A DNA stretch of 63,369 bases, the filler included, from Rhabdomonas costata (lineage: Eukaryota), in the NCBI GenBank assembly GCA_019059605.1. It is 37 parts of 37 records of this genome, joined end to end, with 100 filler letters (N's around TTAATTAATTAA, not from the genome) between each part and the next. Parts side by side here need not be neighbours in the genome. Positions count along the whole stretch, not along the records: positions 1 to 1,614 come from JAHMHO010011926.1; positions 1,715 to 3,330 come from JAHMHO010011927.1; positions 3,431 to 5,046 come from JAHMHO010011928.1; positions 5,147 to 6,762 come from JAHMHO010011929.1; positions 6,863 to 8,477 come from JAHMHO010011930.1; positions 8,578 to 10,194 come from JAHMHO010011931.1; positions 10,295 to 11,910 come from JAHMHO010011932.1; 30 more parts are not named here. One strand, written 5' to 3'. Position numbers and translations under genes: made by a program. This document shows, piece by piece, positions 1 to 10,841 of the stretch. The first letter of the stretch is position 1. The number at the start of each line of letters is the position of its first letter. The notes beneath the pieces are model-generated. The model saw only the letters and a program-made list of their open reading frames with translations. It ran no database searches and was not told the DNA's origin.

Positions 1-14
1 GGGTGTTGTTTTCT

Positions 15-1464
15 TCATCCTGCAGCCATGTTTTCTTTATTTGACTTGGAAATGACTCTGATGTGTTCTTTGCACTGCTGCAATGTATCAAGAACGGCTG
101 CTTCCACTTGGTGCCCCCTTGCTGCCTTTGCCTTTGGCCGGTCAAGTAGACCTATGCCATACAATCTATACACCCCGGGAGGAGAACTATTTATATACAT
201 GACCCAAAAATTGGGCACCTTTGTGCGAAGGGGGGGGGGGGCAAAAAACCACACAAAACTTCCCGAGTTCCCCCTTTCTCCTTTTTCTCCCCGACATCTG
301 AAGCCCCAAACACGAAGGTGGACAGGCTTCAGATGGGGGAACGTGCAGTCTCACTTTAGAAACCATGTCAGCTTAGGCGTTTCTTGTGCACTTGGAGCTC
401 CAAAAATCAGGTTCCATTTCCTGGGATACTGATTATTTCCAGACGTACGTTGGATTTTGCCGCAGGTTTCCGTTTCTCACTTTTGACATGACCCCAGCAA
501 GCTGGCCAGCGGTGGAATGCTCTTCCCTGTATTCCGTGTAAGGCCAGTCGTTGCCAAACCCACACATCAGGTGGTTGGTTCTCCAATTATTCCACAGGAG
601 GAGGAGGATGGAGGAAGAAGGGGTTGCCTGCACGGCGAGGATCGCCTTGGCCCACTCCTCGCGCTGCTGCGGGGAATCCGTGCGAAGGTGAACTGAGCGG
701 CCCGTTTGCGGGCTCACCAGAGCCAGACGGGTGGGCGAGGGCAGGCCCAGCTCCATCTCACGGAGGGCCACAGCTTCACCTGCGCAAGTTAGGCCCGCCC
801 TTCGTCCCAGCAGCCGTCCCCCACTAGTAAACAAAACAAAAGTACAGCAAAAACAACACGGTATAATGGTTTCCATCGGAGACCATTTTCGTTTCTCCGC
901 CCTGGAAAAAGAAGACCAGACGCACCTAATGAACTGAAAAAGGGATGTGAATACAGGAAAAATTGCAGTTTTGGTGCAATTCTGTTTACATCCCTCGTCC
1001 GAATTCAAGGAAGGCAAAAAATGCATGCTCCCAGCACTGTCGCGTTGCTGCCAGTCATTTGAAGCGATTCTCCAATGGGGGCCTGTCGCACCGTAGTCAA
1101 AAATCGTAGGACCCTATCAGGCAGTCTAACTGAGTTGAACCTTTTTTTTTTGGTTTCGTACTCTGAACAAGTTTTGCTGATGTTCTTGGGTGATGGAAAG
1201 CAGTCTAAATAAAAGAAAACTTGTGTAACAATTAAAACATACCGTAACATGGTTGAACACCACTCCGTCTCTGTATTCCACACTGCTCACCCCATTCTAC
1301 GTTAAACATCATTCCGCCGTAGTGACGTCATGCTGAGCATACTTTATACCGCTGTGGGAGGTGGGGCTGGGGGCGATTCTCAGCACCCCCTCGGCCTCCT
1401 CGAGCTGCACGTAGCACCGCTGCCACAGCACAAAGGCCTTGCGCACGGATAGCACCCCAAACAT
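15..1464 (-). CDS. PH-domain protein, 4 exons (1464-1350, 779-628, 526-481, 151-15)
   Basis: The spliced frame is continuous: MFGVLSVRKAFVLWQRCYVQLEEAEGVLRI...GEAVALREMEL...RSVHLRTDSPQQREEWAKAILAVQ|GRAFHR...NMAAG*. The early W-x-R-x-Y strand and the C-terminal 'REEW..AI' helix fit a PH fold. Intron phases are consistent and intron 2 is GC-AG. Further upstream exons cannot be excluded. Confidence 0.75.
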
Positions 1465-1604
1465 CGTCGTGTGCAGGGAGGGAGAAGGAAGAGTTAATGG
1501 AGATGGGAACAGGTTACAATCGAAGAAGGGAGGGAGTGGCGTTCAACCATGTTACGGGTATGTTTTAATTGAGACACAAGTTTTCTTTTATTTAGACTGC
1601 TTTC
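1196..1604. repeat. Imperfect inverted repeat of about 71 bp (1196-1266 / 1533-1604) flanking exon 1 of the PH gene
   Basis: GAAAGCAGTCTAAATAAAAGAAAACTTGTGT...CCACTCC matches its reverse complement with 3 substitutions and 1 indel. Confidence 0.95.
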
Positions 1605-1614
1605 ACACCCCCCC

Positions 1615-1714
1615 NNNNNNNNNNNNNNNNNNNNNNNNNNNNNNNNNNNNNNNNNNNNTTAATTAATTAANNNNNNNNNNNNNNNNNNNNNNNNNNNNNN
1701 NNNNNNNNNNNNNN
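1615..1714. other. Artificial contig linker N44-TTAATTAATTAA-N44 (first of 36, spaced about every 1.7 kb; last at 61653-61752)
   Basis: The same 100-nt spacer with six-frame stops recurs throughout. Contigs are all about 1610-1620 nt, as expected for a length-sorted concatenation. Confidence 0.99.
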
Positions 1715-1716
1715 TG

Positions 1717-1944
1717 TTTTTTGTCGTGACACGCTTATCCAGCCTCAGTTTTTTGAACGTGGCACATTATTACTCAATAGCAGGTTTCACTGAGTGCACT
1801 GCTTTTTGGCAGTCTGCAAAGTCTGAAAAGAGTCCAAGTCTCCGAAAACTGCCAAAAAGCAGTGCACTCAGTGAAACCTGCTATTGAGTAATAATGTGCC
1901 ACGTTCAAAAAACTGAGGCTGGATAAGCGTGTCACGACAAAAAA
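1717..1944. repeat. Perfect 97-bp inverted repeat at a contig start (1717-1813 / 1848-1944), probably a fold-back amplification chimera
   Basis: The arms are exact reverse complements with a 34-nt loop, and the outer arm abuts the contig end. Confidence 0.9.
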
Positions 1945-1959
1945 GACAAAAGCAGATAC

Positions 1960-2482
1960 CCAGCTGGGAGTGGTTGATCACGTTTGCGGAGAATAGGAGG
2001 TAGTCCTTGCGGTGCGGCCCCAGGAGCTTTGCATGCAGCTGGGCCTCTACCGCCCCGTCGGCGAGAAAGACGATGTCGTCGTCGACCTTCAGCAGCAGAG
2101 CGCTGCGCTGCTGCGCCCGCAGGACGTTCCAGAAGTGGAGCCACTGCTGCGGGACAGGAGACGAACAGCGAGGTGAAAGGGCAGAGAGAGTGGAGAGCGA
2201 AAAAAGAATGATCCTCATGGGTGACTCATTACAATCGCTAACCATCGCACGCACCTCCATCAATGGCAGTCGCGGCGGGGGGTAGAACAAGGACATCGCT
2301 CCGTGGCTGCGGCTGTGGTTCGCCAGGTCGTGAGCGAACTTGGTGTCCGCGGGGTCCCCTCCAGGAGTCATGCATAGCACCACGCGATCGACCAGCCCGC
2401 CATTGGTCCGCAGGTTACGCCACAGATAACGCGCTAGGAGCCGGACGTAGCGAGCCCGACCATAGTACAGCACCACCACGAC
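1960..2482 (-). CDS. DxD-motif (GT-A-like) putative glycosyltransferase, partial; exons 2482-2255 and 2146-1960
   Basis: VVVVLYYGRARYVRLLARYLWRNLRTNGGLVDRVVL...LLLKVDDDIVFL...YLLFSANVINH. The 'YGR..Y...L..YL.RNL..NGG..D', 'KxDDD' and 'SANVINH' pattern recalls a family of uncharacterised, largely fungal GT-like proteins. GT-AG boundaries are in phase. Confidence 0.7.
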
Positions 2483-3733
2483 CTGAAGCGACAGCAGGCT
2501 CAGCCTGTGGAAAGGGTGTGTGTGTGGCATCGATACAAAAACACACAACTGAACACACACACATGGACATAAACACTCATGCCTTTTCACTCAGCAGCCA
2601 CGGTGACAAGAACAGCACTGTCATTTGGCCTTTCCCGACGCCTTTCCGCTCAACAGGACCATTGTTGGGATTCGAACACGGGCTCCTGGATTTGCTTGCT
2701 TGCAATCTGCTGTCACTGAGAAAGCCGCGTCTTGTGAACAAACGACCGAAGGCTCGAGCATTCTGAACTTCCCGAAGGGAGGAAAGCTCTTGCTGGTTTA
2801 GTAACTAAAGCGGTTGGCAGTTCCGCCTTGTACAACGCAGGGAAGAAATTCACCACCCGCCAAGATACTTACCCCTGCGAGTAAACAAGCATGCATGAAG
2901 ACCCAAACCGTTGCCGCAACTCGGCCTGCAGCTGAGGCAGCGGGGGAAGGGCATGCTCAGAGCCCACCACGCGAGACTTCTCCGCGACCAGCTCGTCGGC
3001 CTGGGCCTTCACGCACGCTCGGAACAGCCGCTGCTTTTGTACCATACTGAGCCGGTGCTACGCACAGGTGAGGAGAAGAAGAGATAGAGGGAAAAAGTGC
3101 GTTTATGTGAGGCCTGACTGGTTGTTGGTGACCACTGTGTGCACACAGTTCTCATGCATCAGCCTAACATACACTACATTCAAGCAATGCAATACCAGAG
3201 AATCCCAAGGGAACGAACAATGTGCCACGCCGCAGGGCGATATAAACGCAGGCAAGCAGGCGCCAGAAGGCAAGCCCTTCCACCGCAGAAAAAGATGATA
3301 CCAAACGCATCCGGTATGATCCCAAAAACCNNNNNNNNNNNNNNNNNNNNNNNNNNNNNNNNNNNNNNNNNNNNTTAATTAATTAANNNNNNNNNNNNNN
3401 NNNNNNNNNNNNNNNNNNNNNNNNNNNNNNTGTGGTTGGTGGTGCTTCATACTGGCACTTGTCACTGCCGAGCCCAGCGCTGCGGAGGGCCGAAGAAATG
3501 CGACCGAGGCGGAAACACTGAGTGGGCGATGCTCCATTTAGCACTGCTGAACATTTTAGCTGCGATGAACGGAACGATCGAACAGGTCATATTTTTGGCG
3601 ACATTACTTTTAGTAGATGGGATCCCAGAACACAAAAACCCCAGACCAACAAAAAGAGAACTACATACTCGAAAAGGGTTGGACAGCAGCAAAAAAAACG
3701 AAACCAAAACGAAATCATCAAGCTAACTCGAAC

Positions 3734-4465
3734 CTTGAACTCAAAGGCAAGAGCGCTGCGGAAGAACACTGGAACACGCAGAACGGTATTCGCGGGTTCG
3801 CTCTTCGGCAGCAGCGAGCTGGGTTGGTTGGTTCGGAATGAGGCTTGGCGCTGTGCCAGCTCGGGGGTCTGCATCACGTCAGAGACATGCATGTGAATCA
3901 GCAGGTCGGAGCTTTGGTGGAGCTGGCTGCGCAGGGCCTCGGTGAGGATGCCCCCACTGTATGTGATGCACAGAGGACAAGGTAATCTACAGCTGATTAA
4001 AACACATCTTCAGAGTTGATCCCAATGACCGCACCATACATAAAACAGGCACATGCACACGCACATACACCATACACAGTTTTGGGGAAGCCTCATAATC
4101 TCTGGGTCACACCCACACACCCTCGAAAGACACACCAAAAGAAGTAATCCCATCTGCTCAAGCTATCAGAATCACCTCTCTACCTCACAGGAGCATAGCA
4201 CCCCATACGCGCTCAACTCCGGCCGCAGGATTCCAGCGTTTGTGTGAATTACAAACGCACCGCCTCATCAGCAGAACAAGGGGGCTCACCTCTTAACGGC
4301 GAGCAATTCTGGAGTGTCAGTGAGCACTGTGAAGTCCGAGCTCAGGCCCAGAGGTACAGGGGAGTGGTGGGCGCAGAGTTGGGCGAGGTCGGGATTGGCG
4401 TCTTTCAAGGCACGGGCCTGCTCTCCTTCAACACGGGCCATCGCAAAGGCGAACGGTGCGAGAGC
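3734..4465 (-). CDS. CCDC47/DUF1682 (PAT complex subunit)-like protein, partial; exons 4465-4290 and 3956-3734
   Basis: FAFAMAR...ALKDANPDLAQLC...LSSDFTVLTDTPEL...DLLIHMHVSD...RSALAFEFK parallels the CCDC47 motif order (FVFAV / DL..FC / LP....ILSE / HFSD / RTLLFTF). The GT-AG intron is in phase. Confidence 0.55.
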
Positions 4466-5336
4466 CTGCTCAAAAACCCACCAAAAGACGCAGAGCTTGG
4501 AGAGCCAGTGGAAAGGAAAGCAGCAAATGGACAGGTGTTGGGTCAGTCGGTGCATTTGGCGTCGTTGGGTGTTGAGCTGTTGGCGTCGTTGTGGTTAATG
4601 TTGTTTCTGGTGCCAGGGGTGTGGTTGCTGCGGTTCGTGGATTGGTTGTGTTGCTGAAAGAAAACACAATTCTTTGATATAAGAAAGCATCCCGAAAAAC
4701 AGAGGGGGGAATGGGGATGAAGGAGACCCATTTAATTACCACGGCTCAGGAATGGATGTGCAAACTATAACTTGAACATTTGAGTCCCATCTCAAGCGCT
4801 TTCGAAAGTCAGACCATTATCTCGCCTTCAATCTCTTTCTTGCTCATTCAAATAACCGTATACCACAGACCATCCCAATCAAATCATAGCACGCAAACAG
4901 AAGCACCTCATAAATGAAATGCGTATGTGGGGAATTTGCTGGCAACGGGGAAAACATTCCCTTCCAGCCCTACATCACATGGGCTTCAGTCACCCGTCAC
5001 GCGTCGAGAAATGCGGCAGCCAACTTTTCCTCGATCACCCCCCACCNNNNNNNNNNNNNNNNNNNNNNNNNNNNNNNNNNNNNNNNNNNNTTAATTAATT
5101 AANNNNNNNNNNNNNNNNNNNNNNNNNNNNNNNNNNNNNNNNNNNNGTGGGTGGGTTTTTTCCTCTGCACGCACTCGGAGGCGACAGTTTCCTCTCCTAC
5201 CTCTTCGCCAGCTCTCACTAACCCTTTTCGACTTTGTTTTAACGTGGCTTGCCTGCGCTCTTTGCTCCCTTTGCTCTCTTCGCTCGTCGTGGACCAAGAA
5301 TGCCGCGTGACCGTTTGGTGCGGTGTAAATCTTCAG

Positions 5337-5646
5337 GTGCCTCCTCAGTGATGGCACCCGAGCCGCCAGAGCGGCCCTCGAGGCCACGCTGTCCGTGGTG
5401 CAGGCCTTCACGGTGATGGCAGCGAACGCCCTGCGCACTCTGGTGCTACAACCCGCGGAAGAAGGCTGGCCCAGCTCCCTGACTACCTTTTCCGGGGTGT
5501 GCACACGAAATCCTCCTGTGTTTCTTTCATTCTTGGATCCTCCAACCCCAGTCATCTTGTCACACATCTGCTAATCTCCAGACCCTTGCACCAAGTGCCT
5601 GGTATGGGGGGAGCAGAACCACGTGCTTCAGCCCAACGCTTTACTA
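5337..5646 (+). CDS. Hypothetical protein, probable last two exons (about 5337-5495 and 5582-5646)
   Basis: GC-rich, AG/GT-bounded segment CLLSDGTRAARAALEATLSVVQAFTVMAANALRTLVLQ...; no family recognised. Confidence 0.35.
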
Positions 5647-7238
5647 AGTTTGCTGGACAATTTCGCACACTGGTGGAGCATGTTACCTTTTTGAAGACCT
5701 GAGCTTGTGGTGAGGACTTGACATTCCTAAGATGGAGCGACCTGCTTCTTGGAATCCCAAGGAAACTCGCATGGTGGTCATATGTTTCTCGAAGGCCAAG
5801 GCATTCGATTTGCGCGAAAATAATCGGTCCCAGGGGTCTCGCTGCAGCTGAAAACCGTTTTTTTGACTCCCCGACCGTCAGAACTTGAAATTCATTTGCA
5901 CGGAACTTTTTTTGCATTGCATTAGCCACGCTTTGGGTAGCATTGGCGATTCAGAAATTGAATAGCAGGAGGGGGGGGAACCATGTCTGGGCAGGGGCAG
6001 CTTGTCGGAAGAGTGCTCCTGTCCCTGCAGGACAAGTTAAACACGTCGCAAAGGGGTCAAAGAGCGTTCCGTGTAAAATAGCTGACCAATGCACCCATCG
6101 GGGAGGGGGCTCCGACTTTTTGCTGAGTTTTGCGCATTGTACTTGTTGCTTCCGTGTACGCTGGATTCTATGGGTGGATTCTTTTTCGCTTCGTGGGTCC
6201 ACACTTGTTTTTGGAATCAGCCCCATCTCCAATGTCATTCCCGGATGTGGCCATTTTCGGAATCTTTCCCAAGTGTAATGGAATACTTTATTCTGGCGCG
6301 GGTATTTCCGTCTATAGATGTGGTAGTGACAATTTTAAGGGACATTGTTAAGGGCCATTTTTCTGAACCTTATGTCGAACTGCTGTCCAGGCAAAAAGAA
6401 GGCGCATATTTTAGGTATAGTTGGTGCATCAACAGCATTTTTTCTTTGATTTAGGGCATTGTTGTGTGTGCTTGTGAATGTGTGACAAGTGTCTGGCTGT
6501 GTGTGTTGAGTGCTGCTGGGAGCCTCCATCATCTTTGAAGCGAGATGGTGATCATCCCTTTGATTAATCGTTCTCGGAACTGTTTCTCTTCAAGGAACCC
6601 CCAACTCCAAGTATTCCGAAGCCAATGATATTCTTTCGATGCACTCTGGATGGCTTGCTGTGTCGTGGTGGCGGCAGCACGCACTTGTGTTCTAAATCTT
6701 TTTCCGTATGATGTTCGCAGCAGCGCTTGTTTAATTTCGTCCCCCACCCCCCACCAAAAAACNNNNNNNNNNNNNNNNNNNNNNNNNNNNNNNNNNNNNN
6801 NNNNNNTTAATTAATTAANNNNNNNNNNNNNNNNNNNNNNNNNNNNNNNNNNNNNNNNNNNNCCCTCCCGACCATCGATTCCCTTCCTTATGTTTTGAGA
6901 ATAAAATGTTGGAATGTGTGAGGAAGGATTCCCCAGATGGATTTATTATCTTCAGCTTTGATATCCGAGCAAGGTCTCGTGGCTTGGCGTTCTTGGGTGG
7001 GAGGGGGGAGGGCTGCAGTATCTTCTTTCCCGAATTCACGAATAGCGTGGTGATCGTGCAGCTGAGACTGTGATATCTCTTGCATGGGCTCAAACGGCGT
7101 TCCCCAAGATTCCGGGCCACGTTCTCGTTCCGGGCAGGACCTTTCTCGTTATCCCCACTATAATATCCCGTCAAGCACAATTTCGGTTGACGGTAGACGG
7201 TCGACTGAGCATGCTGAGGTGCTTCTGGGTTTGTACAG

Positions 7239-8477
7239 GTGGACATGATGAGCCCCTTTAGCACGGTGGGCATTGAGAAGCAGATCCACATTGCCGTGCA
7301 GGCCGTGCAGGAGTTTGAGGCCCGCAACGGACGGCTGCCGCAGCCCAACAACGCCGAGGAGACCGAGGCCTGCGTGGGTCTGCCGCCCCCCGTCCCCCCT
7401 TGCTCTCTCGGGCGCCTTTTCGCTACAGTGTAGCGATACGAAGGCAGGTTTTTGGGTAAAGTGCACTGATTCGACCCCAGGAGTGGAGCACGCCGAGAAG
7501 GTCGTGAACTGATACATAAGATCTGGGTGCTCAGCTTTTGTGATGACTTTTGCGACTGTGGAATGGTGCTGCGAAGTAACTGTAAAGTAAGTACCCAAAG
7601 TAGGAAAAAAAACTATGAGAAACGGAAGGAGAAACAAAAATTTAAGGAAAGGCACACGGAAAATTTGCAAAAAGAAAATCGGAAATGGTGATGAGTGTGG
7701 TTTGAAAATTGAAAAGCAGAGCTTCCTTTGAGGATGTTCCGCCAACTTCTGCTATTGGCGTGCACCAACGCAATACGCATTCGTCGCCTCGCCGATTGGC
7801 TGCCCGGTGGCATTTAAACCGCGGACTTCGATGGCCCCCACCCCCTCCCCAGAGTTTGCGAGGCAGTTCAACGCGCAGATGGCGAAGCTGGCGGAGCTCG
7901 TGCCCTCGGAGAAGTTTCCGCCAGTGACGGTGGAGAAACTGGACGAGGATGTGGTCCGGAAGGTGGCCAGGTGAACTCCCCTCTTCCTCACCGACTGTCT
8001 TCCGGTGGATCCGAACTTTCGCCTCTGGTAGCTGGAGGCTCGGTAGTCATCATCACTGGTTTTAATGATTGCCGCTTCACCTCGAAGTTACGTTGCATTT
8101 CTTCTGGGGGTTTCTTGTCACGGGGTCATTCCGCTGCATGGCAGGCATCCGTTGCTTTCAGTGCCGAGTCCCACGACAGGTGTGTGCATGCACTCCTGGC
8201 TGTTCCACACCTTAATCCAAAACTCCTGGGCGTACTCACACACCACTGGCCGGAGATTAGGGTTACTGGAATTAGGGTTTTGGATTTGGGTGTATGAATC
8301 GAAAGAAAATGCACCCCTCCCGGCCAGACCGCACTCCCCCAAAACTCACCCGTTCCATTCCCTACAAAAAAATACAGTTCATAGTTTGGAGGAAATGGGA
8401 ATCCAAATATTCTGTTCCTGATGCAATATCTCCGCTGCCTCCGCCCGGACAGGTACGCTGCGGTGGAATTGCAGCCG
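7239..8477 (+). CDS. UBA1: Ubiquitin-activating enzyme E1, partial; exons 7239-7377, 7853-7970, 8453-8477
   Basis: QIHIAVQAVQEFEARNGRLPQPNNAEETEACVEFARQFN...EKLDEDVVRKVARYAAVELQP matches the E1 four-helix bundle region (QLHIGFQAL..F...GR.PRP.N.EDA...LDEDLIRKLA..A.GDL.P). All three junctions are GT-AG and in phase. Confidence 0.88.
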
Positions 8478-8889
8478 NNNNNNNNNNNNNNNNNNNNNNN
8501 NNNNNNNNNNNNNNNNNNNNNTTAATTAATTAANNNNNNNNNNNNNNNNNNNNNNNNNNNNNNNNNNNNNNNNNNNNGTTGGTGGGTGGAAGTGTGCATG
8601 TGAGCAGGATGTGCATGTATCACTCACCGAGCGTTGGAGTTTTGGACACCCAGTCGTAGAAAAGGGATCATCAGAAAGTGCGCACAGGAGGGGGGGGTGC
8701 AAACAATTAAGGACCGCGCCTGCTCCAACATGACGCCAGGGAGAGCATCCTACACTGGATGAAGCTACTCTGCACAAACGAGAGGCTCGCATACCACTCA
8801 ATGCGAATGATCGCGCTATTGTGTGTTTATGTGTGGGATCGTTCAGTTGTCGTGTGTGCATCTTTGCATATGGAGTTTCCCCATCTCAG

Positions 8890-9913
8890 GAGTACCTCTT
8901 CGCTGACCCACCTGGACCTCACCCTGAACCCTTTGGGTCAGGCCGGAGGGGTGGCCCTGCTGGAGGCCGTACGTGCCTGCCCCGGGCTGGTCTCCCTGTA
9001 CTATGGGGGCACGAAGTGCGTGGCCGCATGTGTGTATGTGTGTCTTCGCTTCGTCTGGGGGACCGGGATTGGCTTTGCTCATTTCCCGGTGAGATTCTTT
9101 GCTCTTCGCAGCTTTTCTAGTATGTGTGTGTCAGGAAGTCATCAACTCTTGCGTTGATTAGTGAGCAGCACAGTCCCCCATCAGGACCTCCAACACAAAC
9201 CCCCCTCCCCGTGTGACTGCGCATAAAAATGGTTTTGTTTTATGCTGAGGAAATACGGGGAAAGAATTGTCAGGGTAGCATGCTGACCCTTAGCTTTCCA
9301 CCACTGCTTAGCACACCTAAGGATACAGCCCTCTGGAGTGGACCCGAATTACAGTGTGCAGTTGCCGTTGGCGGTTTTCCCGCACATTTTGGGGCCTGTT
9401 TCAAGTCTTCTGGCCTGGCAAATTGATGCTGGAAGCGCACTTGTAGATTTTGAGGGTTTGGCTGAATCCCCGGTCTTCGTCCTTCTTTCCCCCGGTCAAA
9501 CGTCTGCCCGTTTCCACGTTTCTTGCCATTCATCTCAGTGCAGCAAGCCAGGGGCGTGGGTTTTGATCCCCCACGTTGGCGCGAAATTCCTGCGAAGCCG
9601 CCCGTTTTTTTTTTGGCGCTTTGACGTGTCGGTGCTCGATTCTGATAGCATGGTGGGGATTCAGGTCCACTGCGCACCTCCTCAACAGTCTTCGAGCTCA
9701 CGCTGCCACATATATGAGTTCCGGGGACATTACGGGTGGGTGGGCGGTGCGCACAGCATTCCAGAGGATTTGGACCGGCAGCTCCACGAACACGTCCTGA
9801 ACCATCGCAAGGCCGCCAACCTGCCCACGCTGTGGGAGGCTCGCCGGAGCCGCGGCAGGGGAAAGGTCGCCGCGGCGACTCCCAAGATCGACGAGGAGGC
9901 TCTACGCAACGAG
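8890..9913 (+). CDS. RI-like leucine-rich repeat protein, partial; exons 8890-9015 and 9757-9913
   Basis: SLTHLDLTLNPLGQAGGVALLEAVRACPGLVSLYYGGTNIPEDL fits the LxxLxLxxNxLxxxG RI-type LRR pattern. The GT-AG intron is in phase. Confidence 0.75.
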
Positions 9914-10299
9914 GTCGGAGCTCATCTCCCCACCCCACCCCCGTAAATACACTCAGGGGTATGCCCGCGTTGGTTTTCTTCGTCTCTGTGGCCGGGTGTG
10001 CCCTGACGTGCTTATTTGTGCGAAAAAAAATTGTCTCGATTCGGCAGCTGGAATTGGGACAAATTTAAAACGCTGCGGTCAGGGTTCCCGTGGATCTCAT
10101 GAGGCACTGCCAGGCATATGTATCCGTGCACGTCGATGACGTGGTGCCCACGCACAAATACACACATATGCTTTGGTCCACTTCACACCCACACNNNNNN
10201 NNNNNNNNNNNNNNNNNNNNNNNNNNNNNNNNNNNNNNTTAATTAATTAANNNNNNNNNNNNNNNNNNNNNNNNNNNNNNNNNNNNNNNNNNNNGGGGG

Positions 10300-10335
10300 T
10301 GTGGGGAACTGGAACCGGCTCACCGCCGAACGTTC
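10300..10335 (+). repeat. 36-nt dispersed hairpin repeat; second copy at 28638-28673 (-)
   Basis: TGTGGRGAACYGGAACCGGCTCACCGCCGAASGTTC is 33/36 identical between two unrelated contigs. Confidence 0.8.
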
Positions 10336-10841
10336 CATATCTGGTAACCTCCCTTCTGCCCCACGGGTCCGGGGCCATTGTCGCGCAGCTGCTCTATTCC
10401 AGCGGCAACCTGCATTGCTCCATTGCGGCTCAGGTCTCTGCGACTCCGCACTCCTTCCTTGGGGGGTGGGGCCTGTGGTGTATGTGTGTGTGTGTGTTTT
10501 TGAGATCTGCCATGTCTCTACCATCGGAAGAAGAAGAAGACATGATGAGGTTAGGAGGCAACATACACGCTGTTGGGATTCCAGTAACGAGTGCAGGGTT
10601 TGGAAGCAGCCCCTGTATCCTGTGCGAATAGATGGGGACAGATAGCGGAGGCCGGGACCGCGGAGGTCAGAGGCTGTGCGGTCGGATCCACTCCGCTCGT
10701 CGTCTGTGACTTCACCACAACCATTGCTGCTTCCTGAACAATTTGATTTGTGTATATACGGCACCATGAAGGCTGTTGCCGGAGGTGGAGGTAGGAATGG
10801 AGGGTCAAGGGTAAGTCCAAAAGCAATGCTCTGCTCCCCAC

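Noticed and set aside
1465..1500. Pyrimidine tract ending in GCAC before the PH exon, a possible AT-AC (U12) acceptor
   Set aside because: An in-frame ATG follows directly, the branch-site match is imperfect and no donor is visible. A 5' UTR is the simpler reading.
1659..1670. Regularly spaced TTAATTAATTAA palindromes that could suggest a repeat array or CRISPR
   Set aside because: They are the artificial linker inside N runs. ORFs ending in XXX...LIN are artefacts of it.
4228..4272. Minus-strand CTGATGAG followed by a stem, resembling a hammerhead ribozyme (also CTGACGAG near 50304)
   Set aside because: There is no GAAA after stem II and no stems I/III with a cleavage triplet.
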